64,000 nt of DNA from a cyanobacterium endosymbiont of Rhopalodia gibba (GCA_045159875.1 CP067995.1:2336001-2400000); one strand, 5' to 3'. Positions 1 to 12,616 are shown, numbered from the stretch's first letter. A program made the numbers and translations. The notes: a model not told the origin generated them from the letters alone.

Positions 1-96
1 GGTTCCCAGTCCAAAGACTCCTCCTAACGCCAACGCCCCAAACAATAACTCCTTTTGTAAGCGTCGATACTTATCTTGAAATGAGTATATTGTCAT
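1..96 (-). CDS. 5' end of a probable secreted/membrane protein running off the window
   Basis: Hand translation from ATG at 96 (or 102): MTIYSFQDKYRRLQKELLFGALALGGVFGLGT; open to base 1; basic then hydrophobic, signal-peptide-like. Confidence 0.45.
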   Translation of the reverse strand, partial: MTIYSFQDKYRRLQKELLFGALALGGVFGLGT

Positions 97-1370
97 CTCC
101 ATCTCACCTAATTATTTACCATGTTCTGTCCTTTTGATTTTTCATTAAAAGTCTGTTTTCTAATTTAGAGTTAAACTAATCAAGCTCTTTCTGAGAGAAA
201 CCCTTTAGAACTACCTTAACTCATCTCAAATTAAACCCAAGTTGCCTTCAAACTTATCGACTAAGTTTCTTAATTATTTGAGATGTAACAGTTCATTTAG
301 CTGCAATAGTTTCAAAAAACATCACTTTTCGGTTAATTAGCCTGTAACCATTCCTCAAGTGTTAAGCTACGATCTTTGCCCTTGTAGATTCTACCATTTT
401 ATTTGAATGAACGAGAACATATTCTTTGAAAATATGATAAGTTTTCCAAAAAAATTATAAAGCTAGGATAAATTACTGATTTTTTGTCTTGTTACTACGT
501 TAGACCATAAGTTACGCTCCTAAGTTTGTTCATTTTAAGTAGTATATAGCCAAATTTTTTAATCGAATAAGCTGGACAGTTGAAACCCCTAAGCATAATT
601 ACAAAAATATGATTTAGTGGTTAAAATGGTAAATATAGTTGACACAAAATTACTGTCAAGTGTTTAAATTTCCCGAGGATAAATTTTTAAGGAGAATACG
701 AATAAATCAGCAAAATTGATCATAATTTTTATTATATAGATTCTAAATAAGTGTACATTCAATATAATATTTTTTTATATCACTGATACATTTATTTTCT
801 TTACTATCTCGACAATTCTCGCCGTCAATTAGCCTTTAATGTTAGTAATAAATAAATGTTATCCACAAGATTATTTAATTAATTTAGCAGACCAGATTGA
901 ATAGACAATCGAGATATAACATTTGATGAATAATCATTTGGGGGAATAACTAATTTGCCTTTTGCATTTAAACTAAATTATTTGAAGCCTAATAAACTAG
1001 ATTTAGCTCAGCTAATGTTTTGTCCATCTTAATGTAGCCACATTAGCCTTGGAGTGGAGTTTGATAAAGTGGTCTTAATCTTCGAGATTAGGTTGGACTA
1101 GTTCTTTAGAGTTTGAACTAATTACCTTACCGTTAAGCCAATTAAAGTGATTTTAATGGCTACAATGGGGACTATCAGTTTCTTCAACATCATTTCTCCT
1201 TCAACAGGGTACACCTTAGTTTTGCTATTTTTTGAAAGTCTTGGGCGAATTTTAACTTAAATACCGTAAAATCGCATTGCACTAAGGATTATATTAAGTT
1301 CAGTTGAAAATTGATCAATGGTGGATAAGATTTAGAAACTGAGGAGAATTAAAATTCTGTAAAAGAAAAT

Positions 1371-2513
1371 CTAGACATTTGACGAAACTCTGTTAGGAAC
1401 AAAATCACTAGTAGTAGATACCATTGCTGCTAACAATTGTTCAGATGAAACAACAAAAGGAAGGCGGTGAATATCTGATTGAGGACGACAAGTGACCTCT
1501 GCTGCTCGGCGCAATTCACCTAATGTCACCCTAGATAACCCTAACTCTTCTAAGGTTTTGGGTAAACCAATTTCCTCATAAAATTTTAGTAATTGCTGTC
1601 GAGAGGAAACCGCCAATTGATTGCTCTGAATCATTTCCTCTAGGCGTAGTTGAACTAAAATGCCATAGGCAACTTTTTCCCCATGTAAAATACTGTGGGC
1701 CGCCCGAATATAGGTTAATCCATTGTGGACTGCATGGGCAGCTACAGTACGGCAATTAGCCCCACCTAACCCTCCAATAACTCCAGCTAATAACACACAA
1801 GCATCAACCACTTCTCGCCACGCCTCACCTCCAGGAGTCTTCAGCGCAGCCGCTGACTCCTGAAATAATAGATCTCGTAATACTCGTGCTTGTTGAACAG
1901 CCGCAATGGTAAGGGTAGTAGTAGAATCACCACTACTGACAGAAGCTTCATACCATTTAGCGATCGCATCGCCTATCCCTGCCACTAAAGTACGTTCTGA
2001 AGCTGTTTTAATAATGGCATAGTCTAAAATCAGTAAATCGGGACATCTTGATAAAGAAACATCATATTGAAACGCCCCTTCATTAGAATAAATATTCGAC
2101 AGAGCTGTCCACGCTGCACAAGTAGCGGCTGAAGTTGGAACAGTGATAATGGGCAATCGATGTTGATGAGCGAGTAACTTGGCGGTATCGAGAGCTTTAC
2201 CTCCTCCTACCCCGATAATAACGTCTCCTTGATGCTCCTTAAGTGTTGTTTTGAGAGCGTCTAAAGAGCTTTCTGAACAGTCTGGTGCATAGACAGCATA
2301 GGCTAACTCTAGCCTACATTTACTAAATATAGGATAAATCACCTTAATAGTTTGCTGTCCTCCCACCACTAAAGGACGTTGACCAAAACTAGCGATCACC
2401 TCTCGAGCTTGATACAAGATCCCCTCTCCCTTGATTACTTGACTAGGGGAGACTAACAAAGGGGTTAAAGTTGTAGACACACAAGAAGGGACAGGAAAAG
2501 TTTTTGAGGACAT
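1371..2513 (-). CDS. gldA: Iron-containing alcohol dehydrogenase / glycerol dehydrogenase family
   Basis: GVGGGKALDTAK, VPTSAATCAAW, GIGDAIAKWYE, AHAVHNGLT and HGEKVAYG motifs. Confidence 0.85.
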   Translation of the reverse strand: MSSKTFPVPSCVSTTLTPLLVSPSQVIKGEGILYQAREVIASFGQRPLVVGGQQTIKVIYPIFSKCRLELAYAVYAPDCSESSLDALKTTLKEHQGDVIIGVGGGKALDTAKLLAHQHRLPIITVPTSAATCAAWTALSNIYSNEGAFQYDVSLSRCPDLLILDYAIIKTASERTLVAGIGDAIAKWYEASVSSGDSTTTLTIAAVQQARVLRDLLFQESAAALKTPGGEAWREVVDACVLLAGVIGGLGGANCRTVAAHAVHNGLTYIRAAHSILHGEKVAYGILVQLRLEEMIQSNQLAVSSRQQLLKFYEEIGLPKTLEELGLSRVTLGELRRAAEVTCRPQSDIHRLPFVVSSEQLLAAMVSTTSDFVPNRVSSNV

Positions 2514-2698
2514 TGCTACGGACTAATCTAGTCTTGTTAAATTGAATACACTTAAATAATTTAACCTGGCAAATCGATTAAGTTAATCACACTTTAACTC
2601 AAAAAACAGATCTTTCCCAACAGAGAAGAAAAGTGAAAGAGGGAGAGAGGGAAAAACAAGAGAAAAACTTTAACTTTTATCTTTGGCCTTACCGAAGG

Positions 2699-3112
2699 TT
2701 AGGGAATAATTAACACGGGACAAGGAGATAGATTAATCACACGGTTGGTAACGCTCTCAGATGCGCCTTCCATCGTTAAACCCAGTCCTCGACACCCCAT
2801 AATAATTAAATCTGCATTAACTTCATCAGCCACATCGCAGATGGCAAATGATGGCATTCCCTCCCGTTCAATAATATCTGCCTCGATGCCTTTGTTAGCG
2901 AAAAGTGCCTTAGCCCCTTGCAGCAATTTTGCTACCGCATCAGCAGACTCTATAATCCTCCCTTGCTCAGTTTTTTGTTCTTCTGACGGTTCTTCTACGA
3001 CCGATAGTAATATGAGACGACTATTGTAGGTTTTGACGATATTAGCTACGGTTTCCGCAGCTTCGCGGGCTTCCCGACTTTTATCCACAGGGAATAAAAC
3101 GGTAGTAAACAT
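2699..3112 (-). CDS. Universal stress protein (UspA family)
   Basis: N-terminal VLFPVD; ADLIIMGCRG...ESVTNRVINLSPCPVLIIP. Confidence 0.92.
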   Translation of the reverse strand: MFTTVLFPVDKSREAREAAETVANIVKTYNSRLILLSVVEEPSEEQKTEQGRIIESADAVAKLLQGAKALFANKGIEADIIEREGMPSFAICDVADEVNADLIIMGCRGLGLTMEGASESVTNRVINLSPCPVLIIP

Positions 3113-3316
3113 GACTCATCCATCTCCTGATACATATCATTCCAAGACAATCAGTAACATCAAATACCGCCTGATTTCTTGCTTGTATTCCTATTATCTC
3201 AGGAATTATTCGATAATAATCTTAAGAAGCGAATAATCTTGAGTCATTTTTAAATCAACATAGGTGTTAGTCTTTTTTAGTAATTATCAAGCAATTATTT
3301 TAGAGGAGACTCAAAA

Positions 3317-4519
3317 ATGGCCAAAAAGACTATCTTAAACTTGTCGGCGGCCGAGTTGGCTGGAAAACGGGTTTTAGTTCGCGTTGACTTTAATGTTCCC
3401 CTCGATGGACAAACTATTGTTGATGATACTCGAATTCGGACAGCCTTACCAACTATCAAAGATTTAATGCGAAAAGGGGCTAAGGTGATTCTCTGTAGTC
3501 ACATGGGTCGTCCCAAGGGCAAAGTGGTGGATAGTATGCGCCTTACCCCTGTCGCCGCACGCTTGTCTGAATTATTAAAACAAGAGGTGATAGTATGTCC
3601 TGATTGTGTAGGAGACTCCGTAACTGCAAAGCTTGACAAGCTCGAAAGTGGTCAAGTGGCTTTACTCGAAAACCTACGCTTCTATGCAGAGGAAGAAAAA
3701 AATGATCCCGAATTTGCTAAGCAATTAGCTTCTAATGCAGATTTGTATGTCAATGATGCTTTTGGAACTGCTCACCGCGCCCATGCTTCCACGGAGGGAG
3801 TTACTCACTATCTTAGCCCCAGTGTTGCTGGCTATTTAATTGAGAAGGAACTTAATTATCTTCAAGCGGCGCTCAAAAACCCCCAACGTCCCTTAGCAGC
3901 AATTATTGGTGGTTCTAAAGTTTCTGATAAAATTGGAGTAATTGAAACCCTCCTAGAAAAATGTGACAAGCTGATCATTGGTGGAGGAATGATTTTTACC
4001 TTCTATAAAGCTCGTGGTTTAAATGTTGGTAAGTCTTTAGTTGAAGATGATAAATTAGAATCAGCTAGGTATCTCGAAGCTAAAGCTAAAGAAAAAGGTG
4101 TAGATTTTTTATTACCTTCTGATGTGGTTTTAGCCGACAACTTTGCTTCAAATGCTAATAATAAAACTGTCAGTATTGATAGAATTGAAGACGGCTGGAT
4201 GGGGTTAGATATCGGACCTAATTCCATTAAATTATTCCAAGAGGCTTTGGCTGATTGTAAAGTAGTGATTTGGAATGGACCTATGGGGGTTTTTGAATTC
4301 GATAAATTCTCCTTTGGAACGGAAGCGATAGCTCGTACTTTAGCGGATTTAACCGAGACTGGAACCACTACTATCATTGGAGGCGGCGATTCTGTTGCTG
4401 CGGTAGCGAAAGTTGGAGTGGCTGAAAGAATGAGTCACATTTCCACTGGCGGTGGTGCAAGTTTAGAGTTTCTAGAAGGTAAAACTTTACCCGGTATAAC
4501 TGCTTTAGATGAAGCTTAA
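3317..4519 (+). CDS. pgk: Phosphoglycerate kinase
   Basis: [57 protein letters not shown]. Confidence 0.99.
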   Translation: MAKKTILNLSAAELAGKRVLVRVDFNVPLDGQTIVDDTRIRTALPTIKDLMRKGAKVILCSHMGRPKGKVVDSMRLTPVAARLSELLKQEVIVCPDCVGDSVTAKLDKLESGQVALLENLRFYAEEEKNDPEFAKQLASNADLYVNDAFGTAHRAHASTEGVTHYLSPSVAGYLIEKELNYLQAALKNPQRPLAAIIGGSKVSDKIGVIETLLEKCDKLIIGGGMIFTFYKARGLNVGKSLVEDDKLESARYLEAKAKEKGVDFLLPSDVVLADNFASNANNKTVSIDRIEDGWMGLDIGPNSIKLFQEALADCKVVIWNGPMGVFEFDKFSFGTEAIARTLADLTETGTTTIIGGGDSVAAVAKVGVAERMSHISTGGGASLEFLEGKTLPGITALDEA

Positions 4520-4723
4520 TTTTTAGCCTAGTCGATTTTTTAAGTGAGCAAAATTGAGTTATTAGCGATAATAATGAATTTTGTTTTTTTCCTAAATTTT
4601 TTAGTATGTGTAAAACTCTTTTGTTTAAGAAAACTTGATCCTACAATAATACCCACGAATGAATGCTATCCGTGGGCTTAATTTTTCTAAATAATGAATT
4701 CCCAATTAACTTAGACTTAAAAA

Positions 4724-5092
4724 CTACTTGACAATTATTTTACCCACCATACCAGCACCACGATGGGGTTCACACCAGTAGGTGTATTCTCCAGGTTCGT
4801 CAAAGGTGGCTTCAAAAGACTCTCCAGGGGAAAATACAAGACCCTCATGGTTATACTCACTCGCCTTATCAAAAACAACGTTGTGGGGAGGTAATTTATT
4901 GTTCACCCACTTAACGGTGTCCCCAGCACTGATACTAACTTGCTTAGGTTGAAACGCAAGCATTCCGTTATCTGCACCCATTTTCACCGTAACAGTTTCA
5001 GCAGCAACAGGCCTAACAGCTACAAAGAAGCTAGAAACAATCAGCACAACAGTAGCAAAAAATAAGCCTAATTTGTTTGACATTCGGTTCAT
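4724..5092 (-). CDS. petE: Plastocyanin precursor
   Basis: Signal peptide, [17 protein letters not shown] (Cu ligands His, Cys, His, Met). Confidence 0.98.
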   Translation of the reverse strand: MNRMSNKLGLFFATVVLIVSSFFVAVRPVAAETVTVKMGADNGMLAFQPKQVSISAGDTVKWVNNKLPPHNVVFDKASEYNHEGLVFSPGESFEATFDEPGEYTYWCEPHRGAGMVGKIIVK

Positions 5093-5218
5093 CCTGTAAA
5101 TAGTTTAATCACCTTAGCGGTTTAGCTTGTCACTCATTTTACTATGTTTACTCAAATATGACTACCAACTTTGACAGTTTGTCTTTTGACAAATCCATAA
5201 AACTTTGCTGGTGACTGA

Positions 5219-6406
5219 CTATTGCTGGTAACAAATTCCCGCTTGTTGAAGACGCAGTAGAGCTTCTTCTAAACGATCACAATCAGCGATTAGACTAATA
5301 CGAACATATCCTTCACCCCCCTCCCCAAAAGCATTACCAGGAGTAAATACAATCCCTGTTTTTTGTAACACATCGAGAGCAAAATCCGTCGAATTTATTC
5401 CCAATGGACAGGGAACCCAAAGATACATAGTCGCTTTAGAAGGAGTCATTTGCCAGCCCAATTTTCTTAAGCCGTTAATCAAAAAGTCTCGCCGTTTTTG
5501 GTAGCGTTCTTGAACTTGTTTGATGTAGATATCTGGCAGTTGTAAAGCTGTTTGGGCTGCGGTTTGGATAGCGGAAAAGATCCCATAATCCAAATTAGTT
5601 TTTAGGGTTCTTAGTCCCTGAATAATATCAGCATTACCCACTACAAACCCCACACGCCATCCAGCCATATTGTAAGTTTTCGAGAGAGTATGAAACTCCA
5701 CACCGATTTTTTTAGCCTCTGGAATCTCCAATAAACTAGTGGGTTGATAACCATCAAAAGCCAGTTCCGCATAACATAAATCGTGGACTAAAATAATTTC
5801 GTAGTGATTAGCCCAGCTGACAATTTCCTCAAAGAATTCTCTTGGAGCAGTTGCTGTTGTTGGATTATTAGGATAATTGAAATAGATTAGTTTAGCTCGT
5901 TGAGCAATGCTTTCAGAGATCTTAGTCAAATCAATCAACCAGTCTTGTTCAACTGATAAAATAAGCGGATATAACTCTCCTCCAGCAATTAAAGGACCAC
6001 GAAAATGGGCGGGGTATGCAGGACTAGGGACTAATACCACATCCCCAGGATTCACATAAGCTAAAGCTAAATGAACTAAACCTTCTTTAGAACCAATTAA
6101 GGGCAATACTTCACAACTAGGATCGAGATCTACGTTGTAACACTTTTGGTACCAGGCTGTAATGGATTGGCGAAAACTAGCAGTTCCTTCGAAAGGAGGA
6201 TAGCCGTGGATTTGGGGTTCAGCTAAAGAGGTAATTGCTGCATTAATGACAGGTTGAGGCGCACAACCGTCTGGATTGCCCATTCCTAAGTCAATCAAAT
6301 CTAATCCTTGTTCGGTTGCCCGTGTTTTAAGTTCATCTAAACGGGCAAAAACATAGGGGGGTAAAGCCTTTAAGCGATCAGCACGGCGAATCCAGTTGAC
6401 ACTCAT
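5219..6406 (-). CDS. PLP-dependent class I/II aminotransferase (aspartate / LL-diaminopimelate aminotransferase-like)
   Basis: DLGMGNPD, NYPNNPT, DLCYAEL, TLSKTYNMAGWRVG. Confidence 0.9.
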   Translation of the reverse strand: MSVNWIRRADRLKALPPYVFARLDELKTRATEQGLDLIDLGMGNPDGCAPQPVINAAITSLAEPQIHGYPPFEGTASFRQSITAWYQKCYNVDLDPSCEVLPLIGSKEGLVHLALAYVNPGDVVLVPSPAYPAHFRGPLIAGGELYPLILSVEQDWLIDLTKISESIAQRAKLIYFNYPNNPTTATAPREFFEEIVSWANHYEIILVHDLCYAELAFDGYQPTSLLEIPEAKKIGVEFHTLSKTYNMAGWRVGFVVGNADIIQGLRTLKTNLDYGIFSAIQTAAQTALQLPDIYIKQVQERYQKRRDFLINGLRKLGWQMTPSKATMYLWVPCPLGINSTDFALDVLQKTGIVFTPGNAFGEGGEGYVRISLIADCDRLEEALLRLQQAGICYQQ

Positions 6407-6559
6407 CGTTACGGAAGCTTAGCAAAATATACACAGGTTTTCATTTTCCCATTAGTAAGGCCATTCTAACTATTTATTCATTGACAATATCTTACTTTTC
6501 TAGAATTCACAACAAATTGGTAAAAAATTCTTTTTTATAGTGTGGAGAAAGAATTTTTT

Positions 6560-7420
6560 GTTTTCGTTTATTGTCAGACCAGGTCATTTTCAGAGAAAAA
6601 TCTTAAACGGAGGGAAGCTATTTTAGTACAAGTAGTCTCAGCATTGAGGGTAAGTCCAATCAGAAGAAATTAGAAGTTATATTTTTTTCTGATTTAGCCT
6701 GACTTAATTCTACTTTTTCTAAAGTTTAAAGCGGTTCATTGATGCTTTGGGATCGATCATCAATTTTAGCCAAACATTCTAGAATTATATTTTTAAAGAC
6801 TGGTGGGAGATTCGATTGAGAAGGCATGGGTTTAAGTTTGTCAAGTGGGTTTTATGTCAACCTTCAAGAGTTTTCTAAGAAAATGGAAATTCCAAAAATC
6901 CAAACAAGATATAAAGTTTTTACCAATTCTCTTAAAGTCTCATCTCATGTAATAAAGACGTTACTCGGAGAGTCACAGAATAGAACTCCTCTTAAAATAA
7001 AATGCCTTTGTAAGTATATTTGTTTTGTTAGCATTAAAAAATGATTAAGTAGCACACAGCTAAACTTACTGATTTCGCTAAGAGGCTCCTCTTCAGAGGA
7101 TTACATCCCTATAGAAGACAATTTTTCTTTCATCTACACCACAGTCTTCAATAATAGATAGACTCTTCCCCTAAGGGAGTATAAACCGTTCACACATACA
7201 TATTATCTTTACAGTAGGGGGCTCGGATTAAGTATGATAGTCGTTGAGTACTTGTAACAATAAATTCGAGTTAACTTTCTAAGGTCACTTCCATGGTATT
7301 AGATTTGGATAGTGACCTTGTAAGATTTCACTTGACAAACAATTAAGTACTGTTGCCGAGGAGATAAAAAGTTTTAAGTCTGCTACGCTGTTGACGATTA
7401 TCCAAGAGCCAATATCGTTG
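6560..7420 (-). pseudogene. Decayed Ser/Thr protein kinase, SpkA-like
   Basis: Collinear minus-strand fragments with stops and shifts: LGEESI / EDCGVDERKIVFY (cf. LGEKSIH..DYGxDExEIPFYVME), SPSNVFIT*DETLRELVK (cf. KPSNI...DxxLGELVKILDFG), LPPVFKNIILECLAKIDDRSQSINE; ends approximate. Confidence 0.7.
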
Positions 7421-7636
7421 AATAATCAAATCAAAAGCAATAGAACCTTTTTTTTATTCTCTTTAATAAGCTGTGCTTAAGTGTCTGGGCTCCATTAAGA
7501 ATATGTGAATCGATCTATTATCTCTGATTCCCCTTGACAAGAATGATTAAAGACTTTTAGTTTTGAGCTCAAATTGAAGGTTTCTTTCCTATCTTTAGGT
7601 AATTATTTACATAATGGCGATTTACACTGCAACCTT

Positions 7637-8851
7637 CTAGCCTAAATACTTAGAACTAAGGCTATTTTTTTTCCAGTCAATGGGCAGATGAATTTCTCCT
7701 AATAGCATGGGCTGTTTTCCCCCGGTTACTTGGGGTAAGTTACCCGATATACGACAAACAAACCGCCAGTAAGCTAGGACACTAAAAGCAATAGATTCTT
7801 TGAAGTCTGTACTGATTCCGAGATCATTGGTAGTCAAAATTTGGGAATTAAGTGAGTGTTTTTGTAATCGTTTGGCCAAATATTGATTACGACTTCCTCC
7901 ACCACATAGTAGAATCTCATCAATAGGTTTATTAATAAATCTGTGATAGCTATCAGCAATTGAGGCGGCTGTTAGTTCTGTTATGGTGGCTAACCAGTCT
8001 TCGTTTGTGAGATGATACATTTGTGCGTCTTGCCAACATTGTTCTAGGTAAACATAGCCAAATAGTTCTCGTCCCGTTGATTTAGGTGGTGTTTGTTGAA
8101 AAAATTCTTGTTTTAGCCATTGTCGGACTAAGGGTTCACAGGGAGTTCCCTTAGACGCCCATTGACCATTATTATCGTAGGTTTGTCGACCATTAGTCAA
8201 TTTTTGAACGGCTAGGTCGATTAAGATATTTCCTGGACCTGTATCCCATCCACGAATTTCTTGTTCCCAGTGGGGTTGTTGATGGGGAGGTAGATAAGTA
8301 ACATTCCCAATTCCTCCAATGTTTTGAACACAGCGATGGCGGGTAGTATGGCCTAGCAAGTAGGCGTCAACCTTAGATACTAAAGGCGCACCTTGTCCTC
8401 CAACAGCGATATCAGCCACCCGAAAGTTACTGACGGTAGGAATCCCTGTTAAATTGGCAATAACTGATCCTCGCCCCAATTGCACACTATATCCCAATTC
8501 AGTTTTTTTGTTATTCTCCTTAAGAGGTCGGTGAAAAACAGTTTGTCCATGAGATCCAATTAATTCTACTTGGGGATGGCTTTCTTGAATTATTTTGGCT
8601 GCCTGGGCAAAACAATAGGCTACAGAATCATCTAATCGGGCAAATTCTTCAATAGAAATTGGTTTTCCTCCACAAACTTCTATTATTTGGGCTCTGAGTC
8701 CTTTGGGATAGGGATAGATTTCTCCCGAAAGTAAATTAATTTTTAAGTCTAGTTCTGTTCCGGTAATTTCGACTAAAGCAGCATCAATTCCATCAACAGA
8801 TGTGCCACTCATTAAACCAACGCAATACATAATTTTGCTCCTCATTGTCAA
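7637..8851 (-). CDS. anmK: Anhydro-N-acetylmuramic acid kinase
   Basis: [49 protein letters not shown]; true start probably ATG at 8830. Confidence 0.97.
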   Translation of the reverse strand: MTMRSKIMYCVGLMSGTSVDGIDAALVEITGTELDLKINLLSGEIYPYPKGLRAQIIEVCGGKPISIEEFARLDDSVAYCFAQAAKIIQESHPQVELIGSHGQTVFHRPLKENNKKTELGYSVQLGRGSVIANLTGIPTVSNFRVADIAVGGQGAPLVSKVDAYLLGHTTRHRCVQNIGGIGNVTYLPPHQQPHWEQEIRGWDTGPGNILIDLAVQKLTNGRQTYDNNGQWASKGTPCEPLVRQWLKQEFFQQTPPKSTGRELFGYVYLEQCWQDAQMYHLTNEDWLATITELTAASIADSYHRFINKPIDEILLCGGGSRNQYLAKRLQKHSLNSQILTTNDLGISTDFKESIAFSVLAYWRFVCRISGNLPQVTGGKQPMLLGEIHLPIDWKKNSLSSKYLG

Positions 8852-9331
8852 AAAGTTGAGTCAATGAATTTTTTCTAGAGTTCTAGAATGGTGTTTTCTA
8901 AACTTAAATTACATCATTTATATAATTGATGGTAACCATCTGACGTCTTATCATAAAAATGATAAACAAGTTTATTTCTCATATATCAAGAATGACTTGT
9001 ATATGAAAATTTTCTCAAATTTTATCGATTTTATTAAGACCTTTAAGAGGAAATACCAGGATAAGTTCTTTGTTTTTTTATCATTGCTAAGATATTTATC
9101 TTGATTTTTTTTAAAAAATTGATTACTTTAAGAAGTAAATTTAATTAATTTTCTTTATTCTAGATTGATAGAATGTACATTTTACTATATTTAATATTTT
9201 TTAGTTCTACTAAGCCTTTTGTGTACAAACAATAATATAAGGGTAAGGTTTAATTATTAATTAAAGACTTATCACAGGCTATTTTGAGTACCTAAATAGG
9301 ATCCTACTATATTTTATCTTTAAATTAAGGT

Positions 9332-10280
9332 ATGTCAGACTCAATATTTTTGCTTAACTTATACTTAAGGTATCAAGTACTGAACTAAGTTAAATATATA
9401 AGGTTTTAAATATAGAAATATTTACTATATTTAAACTTACATTCATTCATTGTAATGACAATACCAAAATTTTTTAGACGATTAATTTCAAGAAAATACG
9501 GTTTTTATTTAAAAGTTATTTATTATCAATAATAACAGGAAATATTCTGAAAAATGTTGAGATCAAAATATAAATTATAAAAAAACAAATAAAAATATTT
9601 TTTTATAATTCAAACAACAATTGGCAAATAAAAAAAATTGAGATATTCAAAAAATAGACAATTAATACAATTACTGTTATGAAAAATAAAAAATATTATA
9701 TAGTCTTAGTAAGACTAAATCAAAAAGTAGCTAGAGAATTAGATGATAATATAATTAATTAGTCCATGTCATAGATTTAAGTATTAACAGAGATATTTTG
9801 CAGAATAAAACAAGTTATTAACTAAATAATCGAAGGATAATCCTTAATTTTAATAAAAAATAAAAAATTTTTGAATAATAGTCAAAGACAAAGATATTTA
9901 GATTTTAAATAATAAAAAATATATTTTACATAAAAATAAATAAATAAAAAGATAAAAAGTAAAATTAAACTAGATATGTAAAACGTCACTATACTATTTT
10001 ATCGAAAAAAACAATCATAAAGAGAGATTTAAGATAATTTGTGATAAGAACTTAGACTAAGTATCAGAACTATAAAAAATAGCTAATTAGCATCAAAAAG
10101 TTGTAGTATAATCATGTGTTTTTATATAACAAACTGTCTATTCTATTTTTACCAGGAAAAAATTTAAGAACTAGTAGGAGGTATTAACAATAAATCGAAG
10201 TTAATTAAAATAAAAACTTATAGATTCAGAAATTTAGTCAATTTTTAAGGCTTAAGTCTTTTTAATTGGCATTTTTTTAG
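9332..10280 (+). mobile_element. Heavily decayed ISL3-family transposase relic
   Basis: C-terminal LVGGINNKSKLIKIKTYRFRNLVNF*GLSLFNWHF (~10171-10275) matches ISL3 EGINNKLKLIKRxxYGFRNFxNF; upstream fragments KYYIVLVRLN, FCRIKQVIN; 5' end uncertain. Confidence 0.7.
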
Positions 10281-10866
10281 TAAATTCTACATCCTGAGTT
10301 CAAAATAAACAATTTTTGTAACAGAAGAATGTCAGGTCAAGAATTTAGCCATAATTTTGTCTGGGAAATTCAGTTAATATCTAACTTAGATAGTAATCAG
10401 GTAAATATTATGACTTTTATTTTAAAAATGATAGAGAACGTAGTCTTTCCTTCTAGTGATTTATTAATGAATGAACTCCTAATTAAAACCAAAGTGCACT
10501 TAAAACAATTAATACTTTTAATTAATTTTTAGGATTATTGTAGGAAACTCAGCAAAATTTTTATTTGTTCGGCTGTTTGGTAATTTAAGCATATAAAAAT
10601 TAGGTAGTTTAGTAAGAAAGAGAAAAATATACTAATTTAATCATTGAAAAAAACTATGGAGTTAATAATTAAGACTGTATTTAAGTTATTAACAATAAGT
10701 AGCTACGGTTCTTGATTCCGCAAAAATAAAAATTGTTTTTAACTTGAGAAGAAACCGTAAGACGTACAACTGAAAAGTCATACAAATTGGGAATTAACTT
10801 TGACAATATCTAAAATAAAAAAATCGATTTATATTTAGTCATTAACATTGTTAGTAGTACTTAATC

Positions 10867-11769
10867 TTAATCAAGCAAAGGCAACAATAAAGTTACAAAA
10901 TAATAGACTAAAGGAGCGGTAAAAACATAACTATCAGTGCGATCTAAAATCCCTCCGTGACCAGGAATTAATTGACCTGAATCTTTTACTCCAGCATCTC
11001 GTTTCATCATTGACTCAGTCAAGTCACCTAATAAGCTAACGATACCAATTAATGTTCCTAACAAGAGTCCAGTTAAATACCCATACGGCCAAGTTAAATA
11101 CCAAGCTCCTAATTCAGCGACGATAATACTCCCTAATAGTCCAAAAATTGCTCCTTCAACTGTTTTTTTAGGACTAATATCAGACAGGCGCGTTTTCCCT
11201 AACCATTTTCCCATAATATAAGCTCCAATATCTGCCGCCCAAATACAGCTAAAGGCAATAAAAGTCACCATTAACGTAGGGGAAAATAAGTTAGGTTCAG
11301 TCCATGATTTAGTCCAAAATCCCATCAATGAGAAATTATTACTAGCAATATTCACCGTGGGAACTGTATTGGCAAACCCGACCCGTAATCTTATCCAGTA
11401 ACTAGGTAAATACCCCCCATAAAATAACCCTAAGATAGAGGTTGAGATATCAGCAATAGTGGCTAGTTTAGATTGGAATAACAAGTAAAAACAAATTAAA
11501 GCCCCTGTTAAAGGAAATAGGGCATCGGTGAGGGGAGGAGCTACAGCAGCAGTGATTAGTAATAATTGAGACACTCCTAAAGTGGTTTTAGCAGCAGGGA
11601 CAATACCTTTTGCCCGGACTAATTGAAAATATTCTAGTTGTCCTAAGAAAACGATTAGGCAAAGTCCTAGGGTGAAATACCACCCTCCAACAATGAGCAT
11701 GGTCAAGGCAAGGGCAATGGTAACAATAGTACTGATAATCCGAGTCCAAGGCATAAGCTGGAATGACAT
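10867..11769 (-). CDS. cdsA: Phosphatidate cytidylyltransferase
   Basis: ISPKKTVEG and KRDAGVKDSGQLIPGHGGILDRTDS signature; multiple TM segments. Confidence 0.97.
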   Translation of the reverse strand: MSFQLMPWTRIISTIVTIALALTMLIVGGWYFTLGLCLIVFLGQLEYFQLVRAKGIVPAAKTTLGVSQLLLITAAVAPPLTDALFPLTGALICFYLLFQSKLATIADISTSILGLFYGGYLPSYWIRLRVGFANTVPTVNIASNNFSLMGFWTKSWTEPNLFSPTLMVTFIAFSCIWAADIGAYIMGKWLGKTRLSDISPKKTVEGAIFGLLGSIIVAELGAWYLTWPYGYLTGLLLGTLIGIVSLLGDLTESMMKRDAGVKDSGQLIPGHGGILDRTDSYVFTAPLVYYFVTLLLPLLD

Positions 11770-11930
11770 TTAGGTGAAAAGATCAAGAAATTCTTATAAA
11801 GGAAAAACAAATGTTTATGAAAAATTAACGAGTCCTCTTATCTCTAATCGTATAAATCTTCTGAGGCTGAAAGCAGGTTAACTTGAATTAAAGAAAATGT
11901 TTTCACGTTACCAACTTCTTCATTTAGAGA

Positions 11931-12521
11931 TTAAAATTTTTCTCCACTCAGAATAAAACTAGGATCAACAGCAGCAAAAACTTGATGAAGTCCTCTAGTC
12001 TCTAGACGATTTACCCCTGATTGAACAACTTCTATATTACGCGCTTGTAGTGAGGCTAACCCTTCGGAAATCAAATACAGGGTTTCTAGATTACTTGCCG
12101 TGGCTATTAACCTACCTTCAGGCTTTAAAAATTGCCAAGCTTCTGTCACGATATTTTTAATTGGCCGGCCCCCTTCGATACAAATACGGTCAGGTAAGGG
12201 TTGCAATTGGTCGAAACATTCAGGTGCACTACTTTCAAAAATCGTGACATTTTTGACTCCAAAGCGATCACAATTATTGCGAATTAGTTTTACAACGTCT
12301 TCGTCTCGTTCGACAGCAATAATAGTACTTTCAGGACATAGCAAACCAATTTCTACGGGAATTGTACCTGTTCCTGCACCTATATCCCAGAAAATTGAGT
12401 TAGCATTCAATCGTAGAGCAGAAATTAACAATAGACGAACTTCTCGTTTACTTAGGGGAATTCCCGGAAAGCACTCGAAAAGATGATCTGGAATGCCAGG
12501 AGTTTTATAAGGCCAAAGCAT
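11931..12521 (-). CDS. cbiT: Precorrin-6Y C15-methyltransferase (decarboxylating)
   Basis: MLWPYKTPGIPD, PLSKREVR, WDIGAGTG; start placed at MLWPY rather than track start 12605. Confidence 0.9.
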   Translation of the reverse strand: MLWPYKTPGIPDHLFECFPGIPLSKREVRLLLISALRLNANSIFWDIGAGTGTIPVEIGLLCPESTIIAVERDEDVVKLIRNNCDRFGVKNVTIFESSAPECFDQLQPLPDRICIEGGRPIKNIVTEAWQFLKPEGRLIATASNLETLYLISEGLASLQARNIEVVQSGVNRLETRGLHQVFAAVDPSFILSGEKF

Positions 12522-12616
12522 AAGACAGTAGTATAATTTGACAATGATAATTAAGTCTATTATCGAAGTAAATGGGCAATCAGAAACACTAAAATAGTGT
12601 CTCATTTTTTAAACTT

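Noticed and set aside
930..1350. Coding-like plus-strand fragment (SRLGWTSSLEFELITLP...WLQWDYQFLQHH)
   Set aside because: Probably a pseudogene but no family could be recognised
2745..3236. Short plus-strand ORFs opposite usp, and similar shadow ORFs over pgk, cbiT, porin, map, petH, pnp, valS, mgdE and the serpin
   Set aside because: Antisense or alternate-frame overlaps of well-supported genes with no recognisable motifs
10329..10532. 67-aa ORF in AT-rich spacer (also 6826-7044 and 40746-40928)
   Set aside because: Low-complexity chance ORFs within or beside decayed sequence
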